A stretch of DNA of 58,927 nucleotides, from contig JAUZTB010000064.1 in NCBI GenBank assembly GCA_034780895.1, positions 31,942,970 to 32,001,896 of the forward strand, read 5' to 3'. Below the pieces are notes generated by a model that saw only the letters and a program-made list of their open reading frames with translations, was not told the DNA's origin and did not search any database. The position numbers and the translations under genes are program-made. Source of the stretch: Rhynchobatus australiae (lineage: Eukaryota). Shown here one piece after another: positions 1 through 11,270 of the stretch (the first letter of the stretch is position 1; each line of letters begins with the position of its first letter).

Positions 1-78
1 CCTGACCTGCTGAGTTTCTCCAGCATTTTGTGTGTGTTGCTCCAGATTCCAGCATCTGCAGAATCTCTTGTGTCTCCA
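1..78 (+). mobile_element. Penelope-like element 3' terminal fragment
   Basis: cctgacctgctgagtttctccagcattttgtgtgtgttgctccagattccagcatctgcag matches the terminal segment of the Penelope copies at 1760-1808, 22400-22490 and 51050-51125. Confidence 0.75.
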
Positions 79-84
79 ATTTAG

Positions 85-400
85 ATGAGGTGTTCAAGCT
101 GTCACAAGGGCGAGACAGGGTAAACAGAAAGGACCTATTTCCATCACCAAAGAGTTCATTAACCAGTAATCACAGACTTAGAGTAATGGAAGTCTGGATC
201 TCACTGCCTGAAAGGGTGATGGAGGTAGAAACTGTCATCCCATTTGAAACATATCTCAATGAGCATTTGGAAGAACTATATGCTACAAACTTTGGACTGA
301 TTGAACTCTATTAATCTTTATAGCTTCATTTTTGAAGACTGTGGAGATGATAGGCCAAGTGACACCATTCTGTGTTGTAAATTTGTATAATTCTATGATT
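85..400 (+). mobile_element. CR1 LINE 3' fragment
   Basis: Degenerate ORF2 C-terminus (EVFK..G.DRVNRKDLFP, W.SLPERVME) and ttctgtgttgt...ttctatgatt tail. Confidence 0.75.
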
Positions 401-1215
401 AATATCTGCTTGCAGGAAGGATTCATCATTTTGGCATGTTTAAATATGAATGATACAGGAAGAACATCCCTGACCTGGTTTATATACAAAGCGAAATTCT
501 GAGTGAAACTCTGGGCAGGCTGGTCGGTGAAATATTGTAATTTTTCTCATATCCTCTGTAATGATCGCGGCAGAAATCAGGTGAGATTGTTGAGGCGAGT
601 CACCCCAGGGAGTGTTTTCAGACAATCATCAGACGTTACATGGGAGAAGTACTGTCAATGAACCCTAGAAATGGAAGATGGAGCAGCTTTTTAGCCTATC
701 ATACCCCTGTGGATGCTTCATGTTAAACTGTTGTTATCAATCATAATCCTCAGTGTGGCAATGATGGGCTCTGATGCCGATATAAAAGCACCAGCTTAAA
801 AAACCCTGCCAAAAAGGTGAGAGGTTAAAATTCCAACTGTGTTGAAAAGAACTGACAGCTATTGTGACACAAGATGCTGGTAATCTGGAGCAACACACAA
901 AATGCTGGGGGAGCTCAGCGGGTCAGGCAGCATCTATACAGGGAAATGGACAGTTCGAGACCCTTCATCAGGACTGGAAAGGAAGAGGGGAGAAGCCAGT
1001 ATAAGAGGGTAGAGGGAGGGGATGGAGCAAGAGCTGGTGGGTGATGGGTGGATCCAGGTGAGAGGGGGAAGACGAGCAGGTTAGAGGAAACAAGCTGAGG
1101 CTAGATGCAGATTAGAGGAACAACACCTCATATTCCGCCGTGGTAGTCTCCAGCCTGACTGCATGCATATCAATTTCTCTAACTTCCCACCCCTCTGTCT
1201 CCCACGTTGTTTCCC

Positions 1216-1315
1216 NNNNNNNNNNNNNNNNNNNNNNNNNNNNNNNNNNNNNNNNNNNNNNNNNNNNNNNNNNNNNNNNNNNNNNNNNNNNNNNNNNNNN
1301 NNNNNNNNNNNNNNN
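1216..1315. other. 100-N scaffold gap with duplicated flanks (one of many assembly gaps)
   Basis: ~1146-1215 is repeated at 1316-1385; other 100-N gaps (e.g. 10803-10902, 23512-23611) also show overlapping flanks. Confidence 0.85.
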
Positions 1316-1708
1316 GTCTCCAGCCTGACTGCATGCATATCAATTTCTCTAACTTCCCACCCCTCAGTCTCCCACTTTGTTTCCCTTTATGCTACTGGCC
1401 TCATCACCTCTTCCCTTTCCCCTCCCCTGCCCTCTTGATCTGCCCATCACCCACAAGTTCCTCTCTCCGGTTCCCCCCCCCACCCACCTCCTTCCCTATA
1501 TTCCATGGTCCACAGTCCTCTCCTATCAGATTCCCTCTTCTTCAGCCCTTTGTCACTTCTACCTATCACTCCCCAGCTTCTTACATCATTTCCATTCTCC
1601 ACCCCCCCCACCACCTTCCTCTCACCTGGATCCATCTGTCACCCGCTAGTTCTTGCTCCACCACCCTACCCCCCACCCTCTTAGACTGGCTTCTCCCATC
1701 TGCCTTTC

Positions 1709-1746
1709 CAGTCCTGATGAAGGGTCTCATCCAGAAACGTCGACTG
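1709..1746 (+). ncRNA. Minimal type I hammerhead ribozyme motif in Penelope-like terminal repeat
   Basis: CAGUC-CUGAUGA-A-GGGU(CUC)AUCC-A-GAAA-C-GUC-GACUG: stem I CAGUC/GACUG, conserved core, stem II, predicted cleavage after C1741. Helix III is reduced to the palindrome ACGU. Confidence 0.7.
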
Positions 1747-2179
1747 TCCATTTCCCTCTACGGATGCTGCCTGACCCATTAAGTTCCTCCAGCATTGCTT
1801 GTGTTGCTGACAGTTATTGTGAGCTATCTCTAAATCATTATGATCACACTGGAAGCGGGAAGCAAGCAAACAGCATTTTCACTCATTCCCTAGAACTCGG
1901 AATAGTCGGCCCAGATTTACATCATTCTGTGTAGTGTAAATGTGACAAAAAGGCTCTTTATTTTCCACCCTCTTTGTTTTCTCTTTCACTACTTTTTCTC
2001 TTTTCTTATATGCCTTCCTCATTTTCTTTTTCATGCTCTTTATTTCTTTCTATTTTCTCTCACAATTTCACTTTGTTCAAGTACAAGGGAAAAAAGAATG
2101 CAAGGAGTATGGAATATACACAGAACATGTAGCTTTAGTAAATATTGATTTAATTTACAACTCCTAATAAGAGACAGTC

Positions 2180-2490
2180 ACTGGTGGTATGCATCCTACA
2201 ATATCATAATTTGTTACAATGATGTTGGTTGAATGATATATTCCATTCATGACACCAAAGATTATCCCACTGCTTTTGTTCAAGGTAGAGCAATGGGATC
2301 TTCATGCCCATCTGAGAGATCAGATTAGACTTCAGTTTAACCTCCAGCAAAGAAGGTACCTCTGGAAAAGCAGCATTCTCTCAGTAATGCTTCAAGGTAT
2401 CTATCTTGATTTCTATGCTCATGTCTCTCCAATGGGGTTTGAATCCACATCCCTCCACACAGAGGCAGGACAGCTGCCTACTGAGCCACA
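2180..2490 (-). mobile_element. DeuSINE-family SINE (SacSINE1/AmnSINE1-like)
   Basis: Reverse complement shows a tRNA-like head (gtggctcagtaggcag...ggattcaaacccca) and Deu-domain motifs (ctcagatgggcatgaagatcccattgc; tcaaccaacatc). Confidence 0.7.
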
Positions 2491-2499
2491 GTTCATAAA

Positions 2500-2700
2500 T
2501 GGAGTCATAAGGCACAGAAATGTGCCCTTCTGCCCACAACATCTCTGCTGACCATCAAGTATCCCTCTCTACTAATCCCATCTACCATCCTTGGCAATTC
2601 AATGCTCATCTAGATAATTTTTACAACGTTGTGAGAGTACCTGCCTCTATCACTCACTCATGCAGTGCATTCCACACATACACACAAGTTACAACCTTTC
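2500..2700 (-). mobile_element. CR1 LINE 3' end fragment
   Basis: tcataaggcacagaaatgtgcccttctgcccac tail signature shared with other CR1 copies in the window. Confidence 0.65.
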
Positions 2701-3723
2701 AGNNNNNNNNNNNNNNNNNNNNNNNNNNTGATTCTTAAATTGACCCTGACTTCTGAATTAGTGCTTAAAATTGTGGTGTTGATCTATACAATGGCCCTTG
2801 GCTCCTCACCAAAACCGCTCAATAAAACAAAATCTGGGGGTTGTTAACAATTTGGCTTCTGTCAAAGTAATTTTGGGATTTAAGTTTTAAAGTCAATTCA
2901 TCTTTGGTATTGTTTACTTGCCCAGGGTATATGATGTAGTAAAAGATGAAAAAAATGGCAAGAATTTCCTATTGCGCAATTTCTCATATATTCTTAATTG
3001 CAATGGAAAATTTCACAAAATTTAATCTGTTTCCGTGCTGGATTTGGTAGATTGTCTAAATAGTACAGACCATCATTCATGCAGAACTTGATTATCATTC
3101 TGAGTTGAGCATGTTGTAACATGAGTAATATGACCAAAAGAATATAAAGAATACACAAACAAAGTGTTTTAGTTTAAAGAAATGAGTAGAAAAGTTCATG
3201 TAGGAAATGGGATTCTATTTCATTTTCTATTCACTTATCTGTAACATTAATTTAAAATTTATCTGCTTAAGTGTATTGGGTTTGTATGTAAGTGGGCATG
3301 GCTATAATTTAGTTTTCTTGCTCCGGGCAAAACCTGTCAAGGCTGAAACTTTGTAGGTCTGAAGCAAGAATTTATCAGATACCAAAGATGGTTTAACAAA
3401 ATATTCAACTTGGTAAGTAAGATGTTTTCTATTTGTTAAGTTTTCCCACCCTAGCTGCATTGACAATGGAGAAAGGTTAGAGGCAAGTTCGGCAAGAGGG
3501 ATCACCTGTCTGATAACAGACAAGCTTTTTCTTGTATCCTTTTCATTCGACATATATTGGAAACGTATCACCAGATATCGGAGCAGTATTCAAGTTTGCA
3601 ACTGAGTAGGGCTTCATTGTGAGGTATAAATTTTGTAAAGAAAAACAGTTGGCACAAAAGGGGAGCTGCTTGGAGATAGTGTCTGAGAAACTGTCCCAGC
3701 AGCTTTATTTGGTATTAAAATAA

Positions 3724-3972
3724 TACCCCCGTGTTACTGAAGGGTTGCATTCCTAGGAAACGGTCCATATCGTGGTTTTCCGTAACCTGAAGCCACCTCA
3801 TCTGCGCATCCTTCAAGAAGCACAAGTTAAAAAAAACTTTTTTTTTACTTTTTTCACAAATTCTGTGAGGGCAAATGTTATTCTATATCTTAAATTTTTG
3901 GGTCGTGATTTGTGAATACGGTAAGGGCAAACTTCCATTACCCAAATGGCTATAATGCAAGGGTCACCTGTA
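3724..3972. mobile_element. Tigger/pogo-like MITE remnant
   Basis: Right end gcaagggtcacctg-TA resembles a Tc1/pogo TIR (TA-CAGGTGACCC); the left end ccccgtgttac..gggttgcattcc is a partial counterpart. Confidence 0.45.
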
Positions 3973-6900
3973 TTGTGATAATGTTGTTGCATAAAATGTG
4001 AGAATTTCAATTGTGATGTTCACTTATGATGTTGGTTTCAGCAAGGTGTTTGTAATTGATGGGTGGCAAGCTCTCACTGCCATCAGCACTTAACTCAGCT
4101 GGTGTAATCCAAACAAGTAGCACATAAAGGGATGTACGACAGTACAAGCAACACTTTTCCAGCGACTGAAGAATGTGACTAAATTAATGGATGTTGCATT
4201 GATGATGAAGGCTTCCAAGGAGGTTAGATGGATTAGGCCCTTGTGAAAACTATGCCTGTGGGAGTCTTGTTCTTTGTGCAAGGAAGTATGGGATCACAGC
4301 CTGGTTCTCCTGGCAAGAAGGTTCCAAGGTAAGCTCCATAAGGGTAAGAAGCAGTCTCAAGAATGCCTGTACTTGGGGACATCTGCCTACCCTGCCTGCT
4401 CATGTGAGCTAACTTAAAAGTAGATGGTCTCCTCTCCATGTATGGAATTTGGTTGACTTCCCTAATGCAGTAGTGAGCAGCAAACTGTGGGATGTAAAAT
4501 AGATCAGAGGGAAGCAACAGGCAGGCTAGAAACAGAGGGTGACCATGACCTTGATATCCATGAGCAAAACAGGCCAGTTATACATAAGAAATTAAATTTA
4601 ACATATGAAGTCACACATCTCAATGAGGACAAAGAATGCTGTTTGAGCATTGGCCCTCAAAGACTGCAGTACCAGGGGAAATAGGCTTGGCAAACCCTGA
4701 CTGATCGGCGACTAACGTTGTTCAGACTAGTGAGATTGACAATCACACTACAGGTGAATGTCGTGTGTTGCAACTCTTGTATTACACCAGAAAAAAAGTG
4801 TTTGAGAGAACCCCATCAAAAACTGAGGAGACAAGTTGCCTGAAGGGCACTAACACACATAGAAATCTGCACAAAGTTGCTCTTCTCTGGGTTTTCAACA
4901 GTACGGCAACATTACTTTTAAAGTTGTGAGTTCAAATTTCTAGCTTGCAAGGGACCAACTATGGGAGTTCCAATGGAATAAGAAGATAAGGTGACATCAA
5001 GAATGTTGGTAGGATAAAGAATTGAAAATGGGGCTATCACCTCTGACTTTCAGGCTTGCAACAGCTTAAAAGGCCTAAAGTTAGGCTGAATCTTTTGCAG
5101 GCATTTCAATACCTGGGTTACGCCATTAAAGTAAAAGTATATATTATAATAACATTTATAATTGAATTCCAACTCTTTCACAGTGTCAATCAAACAACAG
5201 CAAGTTTTCCAGATTGTTTAACAACTGAGTTTTAAAAATACATAACAGAGCCAAAAAGATCACCACTGTAATAATCCAGTAGTCCCAAATCCTGCAGAAC
5301 CTGGGTATGTTCCAAACTGGCGTGGTTGCCTAAGGTAGTAAAGTTCTATGCTTACAAAATCTCAGATACAATATTTCTGTAATGTTCTTCAACCCTGATA
5401 CAAACTTAATAAGTGTTTGCATTGCTTTACTATGTCTCTGCCCTTTAGAAATTTGCCGTATTCTTTCACTCACACACACACCCCATTGTTTAGTACTTGT
5501 CACTGTATTTATTGTTATATTTATTATTACTATGTATACAGTTTTCTCGGTGAGCTTCACATGAGCAAGAAATTCTATNNNNNNNNNNNNNNNNNNNNNN
5601 NNNNNNNNNNNNNNNNCATTCAATTAACCCTTCACTGTAAGCTGCATTTAGCATCTCTGAAATGTCCACTAAAAGTATCAATAATTCCAATGGATCACTT
5701 GTACAGGTCTCATACGTATCTGGTCTCACATCCTATTCTGCAACCATTGCCTCAGCATAATTACCTTCATGCCTTTGTACATATTCTTTATATATTCTGG
5801 AACACCACATTCTTGGTGTCACCCATGTGAACCAAATGTCCACCAAAAACTTATCACAGACTTCAACAGCTAAAATAATTGCAATTATATATTATGTTTA
5901 TGACATGAATGGATACCACAAACTAAATAACAACTGTCTTGCTTCTTAAGTCTGCCATATATGTGCCTCTGCTTTCATACTGCCTTGCATCTCAAATGTC
6001 ACTCCAACTCACAGTGGACATTGGAACTTTCCTCTTTCTTGCTATCATCTTTGAAATCACAAGATATCTTATCCGACCACCCCTTTCTGGATTGTTACTA
6101 AGCCTATTGACACTGCAACAACTGTTTTCGGTTTGATCTCGCACAAATGTGTGTTGCTGTATTGAGCTAATAACAGTTAGTGCATGAAATGCACTCCTTT
6201 TTCAAGGCATCCAACTTAGTTTGTACTTGAATGAGTCTGTTCAGGAATTCTGTAAGTAGCAAGGGTCTTGTACACAGTTCACCTCTAGAATCTGTGCAGT
6301 CTGTCTGTATTGATTTTGCCAGGTCCAGTCAGTGTCACTTCACAGCAGCACCTTGTACTGAGCCTATTGCTTCCTACCTTGTTTTTGAACTCTTGAAATG
6401 ACACAGCTATTTCCCTAAATCTTCTGTGACTGGCTCTTTCAGACTGTTCCAACAGATCAGAGACTCTTCCTCTCTATTGCCTGCCTTTGTGGTTTGTGAA
6501 GTCTAATGGCAATAAGTGGAAACATGATATCTCCAGATGTGGTTTGGCAGTGAAAATGGACAATTTTAACTTCCTGGTTTCATTCTCATCCAGACCTCAC
6601 AATCCCTATCTGATGGACTATAAATTTCATCTGTGTTGGTGTGGTGCATCACTAACCAGACAATTAAAGTTCACAATAAGATCCTGGAAAACTTGGATTA
6701 CTTTCCATATCTTGGAAGAGGCAGATATTGATGATTAAATTTACCACTTCTTTCAGTGCACTTGCACAGCCCTTGACTGTCTGAGGAAAAGTGTTCAAAG
6801 GCAATTGGCAAAAGACCCAAAGTAATATTTATGTAGCTGGTGGTTCTAAGTCTGGAATGCACTGTTTCCTATTTGGCCATATTAAATGGGCATTCTGAGC

Positions 6901-7199
6901 ACTAACTCACCGAGCCTTCATGGCAAGGCCTCCCATGTTTTGTACTCTATAGCCTTTCCACCTTTTGTAATCACATGGCCGGCAGATTTCCCAATGAACT
7001 CTCTTGTAGCATCCATGTGGGCCTGTTCCCTGCTTAAAATCATGCCCTGAGCAAAAGTGTCTGAAGTTTTTAAGTACTATCTCCTTACTAATGGCCACCC
7101 TACATGACCTTTCAGAGGTTAAATCTAATGCAACAAACAGCTTTGCCTTAATCTGCTAGTCCACATTAAGTAATTCTGCAATACCAAATCCATAAAGGT

Positions 7200-7515
7200 T
7201 TAGAGTCATGAAGTCATACAGCACGGAAACAGGCCCTTTGGCCCAACTTGTCCATGCCAACCAAAAAGCCCATCTAAGCTCGTCCCATTTGCCTGCATTT
7301 GGCCCATATCCTTCTAAACCCTTTCTCTGCATTTACCTATCCAAATGTCTTTTAAATGTTGTTATTGTACCTGCCTCAACCACTTTCTTTGGCAGCTCAT
7401 TCCATATACACACCACCCTCTGCATGAAGAAGTTGCCCTTCAGGTCCCTTTTAAGTCTTTCCCCCCTAACCTGAAACTTATGCCCTCTAGTTTTTGATTC
7501 CCTTTCCCATTTGAA
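7200..7515 (-). mobile_element. CR1 (HER1-like) LINE 3' end
   Basis: Minus-strand peptide ESKTRGHKFQVRGERLKRDLKGNFFMQRVVCIWNELPKKVVEAGTITTFKRHLDR plus typical 3' UTR. Confidence 0.92.
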
Positions 7516-7934
7516 AACAGCACCCTTTTTTCCAGTGTCTTTAGCTTGATCATTTGTTTCTTCTGGTCCCCAGACACACATGAAAGAATTTGTAGCCCTT
7601 GAATATCTGTAGCATTGTTGGATTAAGATGTTTCTTGATTGGATCTATTGTTTAAGATTTTCACTATGTTCCATTATAATACTTGATCTGTAGTCTGTGG
7701 CGCTGGTAGATTTACTGATATGTCTCCAGCTCTGCCATTAGCAGCAATACTACATTCCTCTTCTCATTCATCACTGTGTATCTCTATTTTGTGGCATCCC
7801 AGGGACTTGCTGATGCAGTTTGCATTCAAGGATATTTCTACTCATTTCACATACAGGGTAACTGGTTTTATGCACTAATAACTTATGCTATTTTTACAGA
7901 TCTACTTAGAGAACTACACTATATACTTTTCTCA

Positions 7935-8320
7935 CCCTGGATCAGTGTCCAATTTCCCTTGGGATCAATGATGATTTTCTTCCACTCTGGTTTTGTTGGT
8001 TCTGAGGTTAATGGGACCAATGTGGAACTACAAACTCTTTTGCAAATAAGGTAAGAAGTGGTTGATGGGGTGAACAGCTGGTTAGTTTGTGAGGTGGTGG
8101 ACTCCTTCCGCTGCTTAATCAGGGCTTCAGTGATACATGGTCTCAGGATCCTTCGCACTGCACTGAATGCTCCTACCTCACATTGAGCGGTCATGGTCCA
8201 GAGGTTCCCAGGCATCAGTGGGGATGTTGCACTTCCTTAAGAAAAGTTTGAGCACATCCTCAAATCTTTTTGTCTGTCCACTTGGTAATCTACTGCCATG
8301 ACAGAGCTCAGAGTAGAATA
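7935..8320 (-). mobile_element. RTE-clade LINE 3' fragment
   Basis: Minus strand reads like the RTE ORF C-terminus (YSELCHG.RLP.GQ.KRF.DVLK..LKKCNIPTDAWE.L.HDRS). Confidence 0.75.
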
Positions 8321-8949
8321 TTCATTTACTTCCTCAAGCAGCAACGTCCCAAACTCAGTATCAATGTACTGGCATAGGTTTCTTTGTGTTGCTGCTTGAA
8401 TAAACAAAACGAGGTAGAGCTATGAACAGAGCATCCTTTATTGAAAGCAATAACCCTCAAATAAAACTGAAGTGTCCAGGTACAGCAAAATCTTAAGATA
8501 TACTATGCTGTCAAAGGTACCTTACATAATATATACTATGCCCTTTCTTTTTTCCTCTATCTTCCACTGCTTTCTCTTTTTCCTTAGTCCTAAAATATTG
8601 CTTAGTGCACATGGAATATGAGAGAAGCATAATTGTCTAGTGCAGTCTCCTGTGATGAACTGCATCTCTTGTGTGACAGCTTGTTCCATTTGATAGTATT
8701 TCACGTCTGGGTCTGGAGACTGCAAGCCTCAGTTTGAGTTTGAGAAATTAATGAAGCTGGCACTCAAGTGAAGTACTGTAGAATTACTGCTTTTAATATT
8801 AGGATAGTTTAGTCATTGCCTATTACAGCGATGATCATGCTTCCCCCAAGGCAATCAGGCTTTCTGAATTTTTGACACCTACTATTTAATATTCATAAAA
8901 TCCTAAATTTCTAGCATGTGCAGTTTATTTCTCTGTAAGCCACTGAGCA

Positions 8950-9370
8950 TTTAAAGTTCATCTTAATCATTTTGTTTGTAGTATTCCTCCTCCCTTTTTC
9001 AGCTGCAGCAGTTCAGTTTACCAAAAGCATGGATTAAATCTGTTCAGAACTAATGTGATGTAACTCTGCAAATGACTGCATAGAGCTGAAAGTAAAAGAT
9101 CCTACAAATTCTGGAAAACAAGGTGCTGGAAATTCTGCAGGCAGTGAAGAAAAAGAGCAGTTTAATGTTTTGTTTGCAGGCCCTTTGGATCTGATAATAG
9201 CCTTCGGTTAAAATACTAACCTAACTTTTCCATTTACAGATGCTGATGAAACTTCTGCATGTTTCTTACACTTATTTAAGATGTATTATTTAAATAATGG
9301 AGTGTTTGGCACCACCAAGGATCCTGGAATACTTAAATCTTGTCAGATAACCTCAGAACCTTATTTAATC
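8950..9370 (+). repeat. Direct repeat copy 1 (~420 bp) flanking the Ig exon
   Basis: Aligns collinearly with 10297-10714 (ttcctcctccctttttcagctgc, ccctttggatctgataatag, caccaccaaggatcctgga, cctcagaaccttatttaatc). Confidence 0.93.
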
Positions 9371-9830
9371 AGGTTTTAAAACCTACAGAAGCTAATGGCA
9401 TTCACCTCCATTTGATAGGAAAGACTGGAGTTTCACATGTTTGCAATAAAAAAGCAAACATCCAAACCTTTGTGTATAAGGGATCCCAATATCAGTAATG
9501 GGAGATATTAGACAACCTTGTTTAATCATGCATAGGGTAAGGCAAAATTAAGTGGATTGATATGGTTTCCGTTTGTCTTGTGCTTAGCCAATGTTGTTCT
9601 AATAATACGTGAAAGTCATGATAACAAACTCAGCAGTTGGTGATGAGATTGTTGGTGTACCACTGACAGACTTGGTTACCCCTTACCCCCAACTCTCACG
9701 ACTAGTCTATCTTTAAGATATTTCAGTCACACTACAGCAGGGTTATTTATGAACACAGTAGGGTAGTTTTCTCAAAGAACCACATCCTGAAAGATTCCAT
9801 TGAAAAAATAAACACTGAAAAGCTACTTAC

Positions 9831-10070
9831 TTCCAACTTGAATTGTTATTTGATTCTTCAAGCTTTCACTGTGTTTTTCATGGCAGCTATAGGTCCCACT
9901 GTGTAATGAATCTATGTTTATGAGGGTGAGATTGGTGCCTTGAAGAAGGTGACCTTCATTGTGGGTTATCGCATGTCCATTAAATCTCCATATCACTGGA
10001 GTATGACTGTCAGATGTCTCGCACGGCAGGGTTACATTGGTTCCAATCCGTTTGTAGTATTTTCGCCCTT
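9831..10070 (-). CDS. cntfr: CNTFR Ig-like domain exon (EGRKYYKRIGTNVTLPCET...VIWRFNG...HSGTYSC...QITIQVG)
   Basis: Ig C-W-C pattern closely resembling CNTFR (YERLGSDVTLPC..VTWRVNG..HSGLYAC..QVLLHVG) more than IL11RA/IL6R. Acceptor ctaatttcag|AA at 10071/10070, donor GGAA|GTAAGT at 9831/9830. 240 nt, phase 1-1, no stops. Confidence 0.92.
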
Positions 10071-10296
10071 CTGAAATTAGAGAAAACATTTGTGATATTA
10101 TCTTATATGCTGCCTTTTACTGGTACCATCTGCTCACCAATACCTCATCCAAGTGACTACTTTTGATGTCTGAACCTAGAGGGAGTACTGTCAAGCAATA
10201 TAGTCATAATAAGTAGGAATCACTGGGGTTAATCAGAAGTAGATTGTCTGAGTGATTTTTGTTTCTCTCTAATATTGCTAAAGTAAATGCTCAGTG

Positions 10297-10714
10297 TTTA
10301 AAGTTCAGCTCAATCATTTTGTTTGTAATATTCCTCCTCCCTTTTTCAGCTGCTTCAGTTCCATTTACCAAAAGCATGGATTAAATTTGTTCAGAATTAA
10401 TTTGGTGCAACTCTGCAAGTGATTGTATAGAGCTGAAAGTAAATTCTGGAAAAGAAGGTGCTCGACTTGTCAGCAGGCAGTAAAGAATAAGAGCAGTTTA
10501 ATGTCTTGGCTACAGACCCTTTTGGATCTGATAATAGATCGGCAGTCAAAACACTAACCTGACTTTTCCATTTACAGATGCTGTTGAAAATGTTGCATAT
10601 TTCCAATCACTTCTTTAACAGGTAATTTATTCTTTAAATAATGATATGTTTGTCACCACCAAGGATCCTGGACTGCTTAACTATTGACAGATGACCTCAG
10701 AACCTTATTTAATC
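10297..10714 (+). repeat. Direct repeat copy 2 (~420 bp) flanking the Ig exon
   Basis: Roughly 80% identical by eye to 8950-9370. Confidence 0.93.
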
Positions 10715-10724
10715 TCTCCTCCCC

Positions 10725-11270
10725 TGCAATCTCAGTCTTCCTTCCACTGACTCTGTCTACACTTACTGCTGCCTAGGGAAAGCAGCCAACCTAATCAAAG
10801 ACNNNNNNNNNNNNNNNNNNNNNNNNNNNNNNNNNNNNNNNNNNNNNNNNNNNNNNNNNNNNNNNNNNNNNNNNNNNNNNNNNNNNNNNNNNNNNNNNNN
10901 NNCAAAGACTCCCTTCCACCCGAGTCATTCTCTCTTCTCCCTTTTTCCATTCGACAGAAAATACAAAAGCTTGAAGACACGCACTACTAAGCTCAAGGAC
11001 AGCTTCTATCCTGATGTTATAAGACTTTTGAATGGACCTCTTGTATGATAAAGATGAACTCTTCATCTGTCAATCTACATCGTTGTGGCCCTTGCACCTT
11101 ATTTGTCTACCTGCACTGCACCTTCTCTGTAACTGTAACACTATCTTATTCATTCTATTATTACTTTTGCCTTTGTATTACCTCAATGTACTTATGTTTG
11201 AAATTTGTATGGATTACATGCACAACAAAGTTTTTCACTGTATCTCCTTACATGTGACAATTACCAATTA
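10725..11270 (+). mobile_element. Rex1/Babar LINE 3' end
   Basis: Degenerate LPS.DSVYT..CLGKAANLIKD..HP.HSLFS..P..RKYKSLKTRTTKLKDSFYP.VIRLLN followed by 3' UTR ending tttcactgtatctc..tacatgtgacaat. Confidence 0.82.

Larger units (their letters stand above)
868..1806 (+). mobile_element. 5'-truncated Penelope-like element with inverted terminal segment and TSD
   Basis: GIY-YIG C-terminus remnant (EARCRLEEQHLIFR / SLQPDCMHINFSNF) at ~1097-1186, pyrimidine-rich 3' UTR, 868-1070 is the reverse complement of ~1615-1808. Flanked by ctgacagYtattgtga at 852-867 and 1807-1822. Confidence 0.85.

Noticed and set aside
1146-1385. Apparent 70 bp tandem duplication of the GIY-YIG C-terminus
   Set aside because: The copies sit on either side of an exactly 100-N gap; most likely unmerged contig overlap.
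1-9830. Expected next cntfr exon (cytokine-binding domain, PP.EP.L.CRS..YP..FYCSW)
   Set aside because: No matching minus-strand peptide seen; probably beyond the left edge of the window.
9831-10070. Alternative assignment to IL11RA or IL6R
   Set aside because: Both the signal peptide and Ig motifs fit CNTFR better (VTLPC.T, W.NG, HSG.Y.C, Q....VG).
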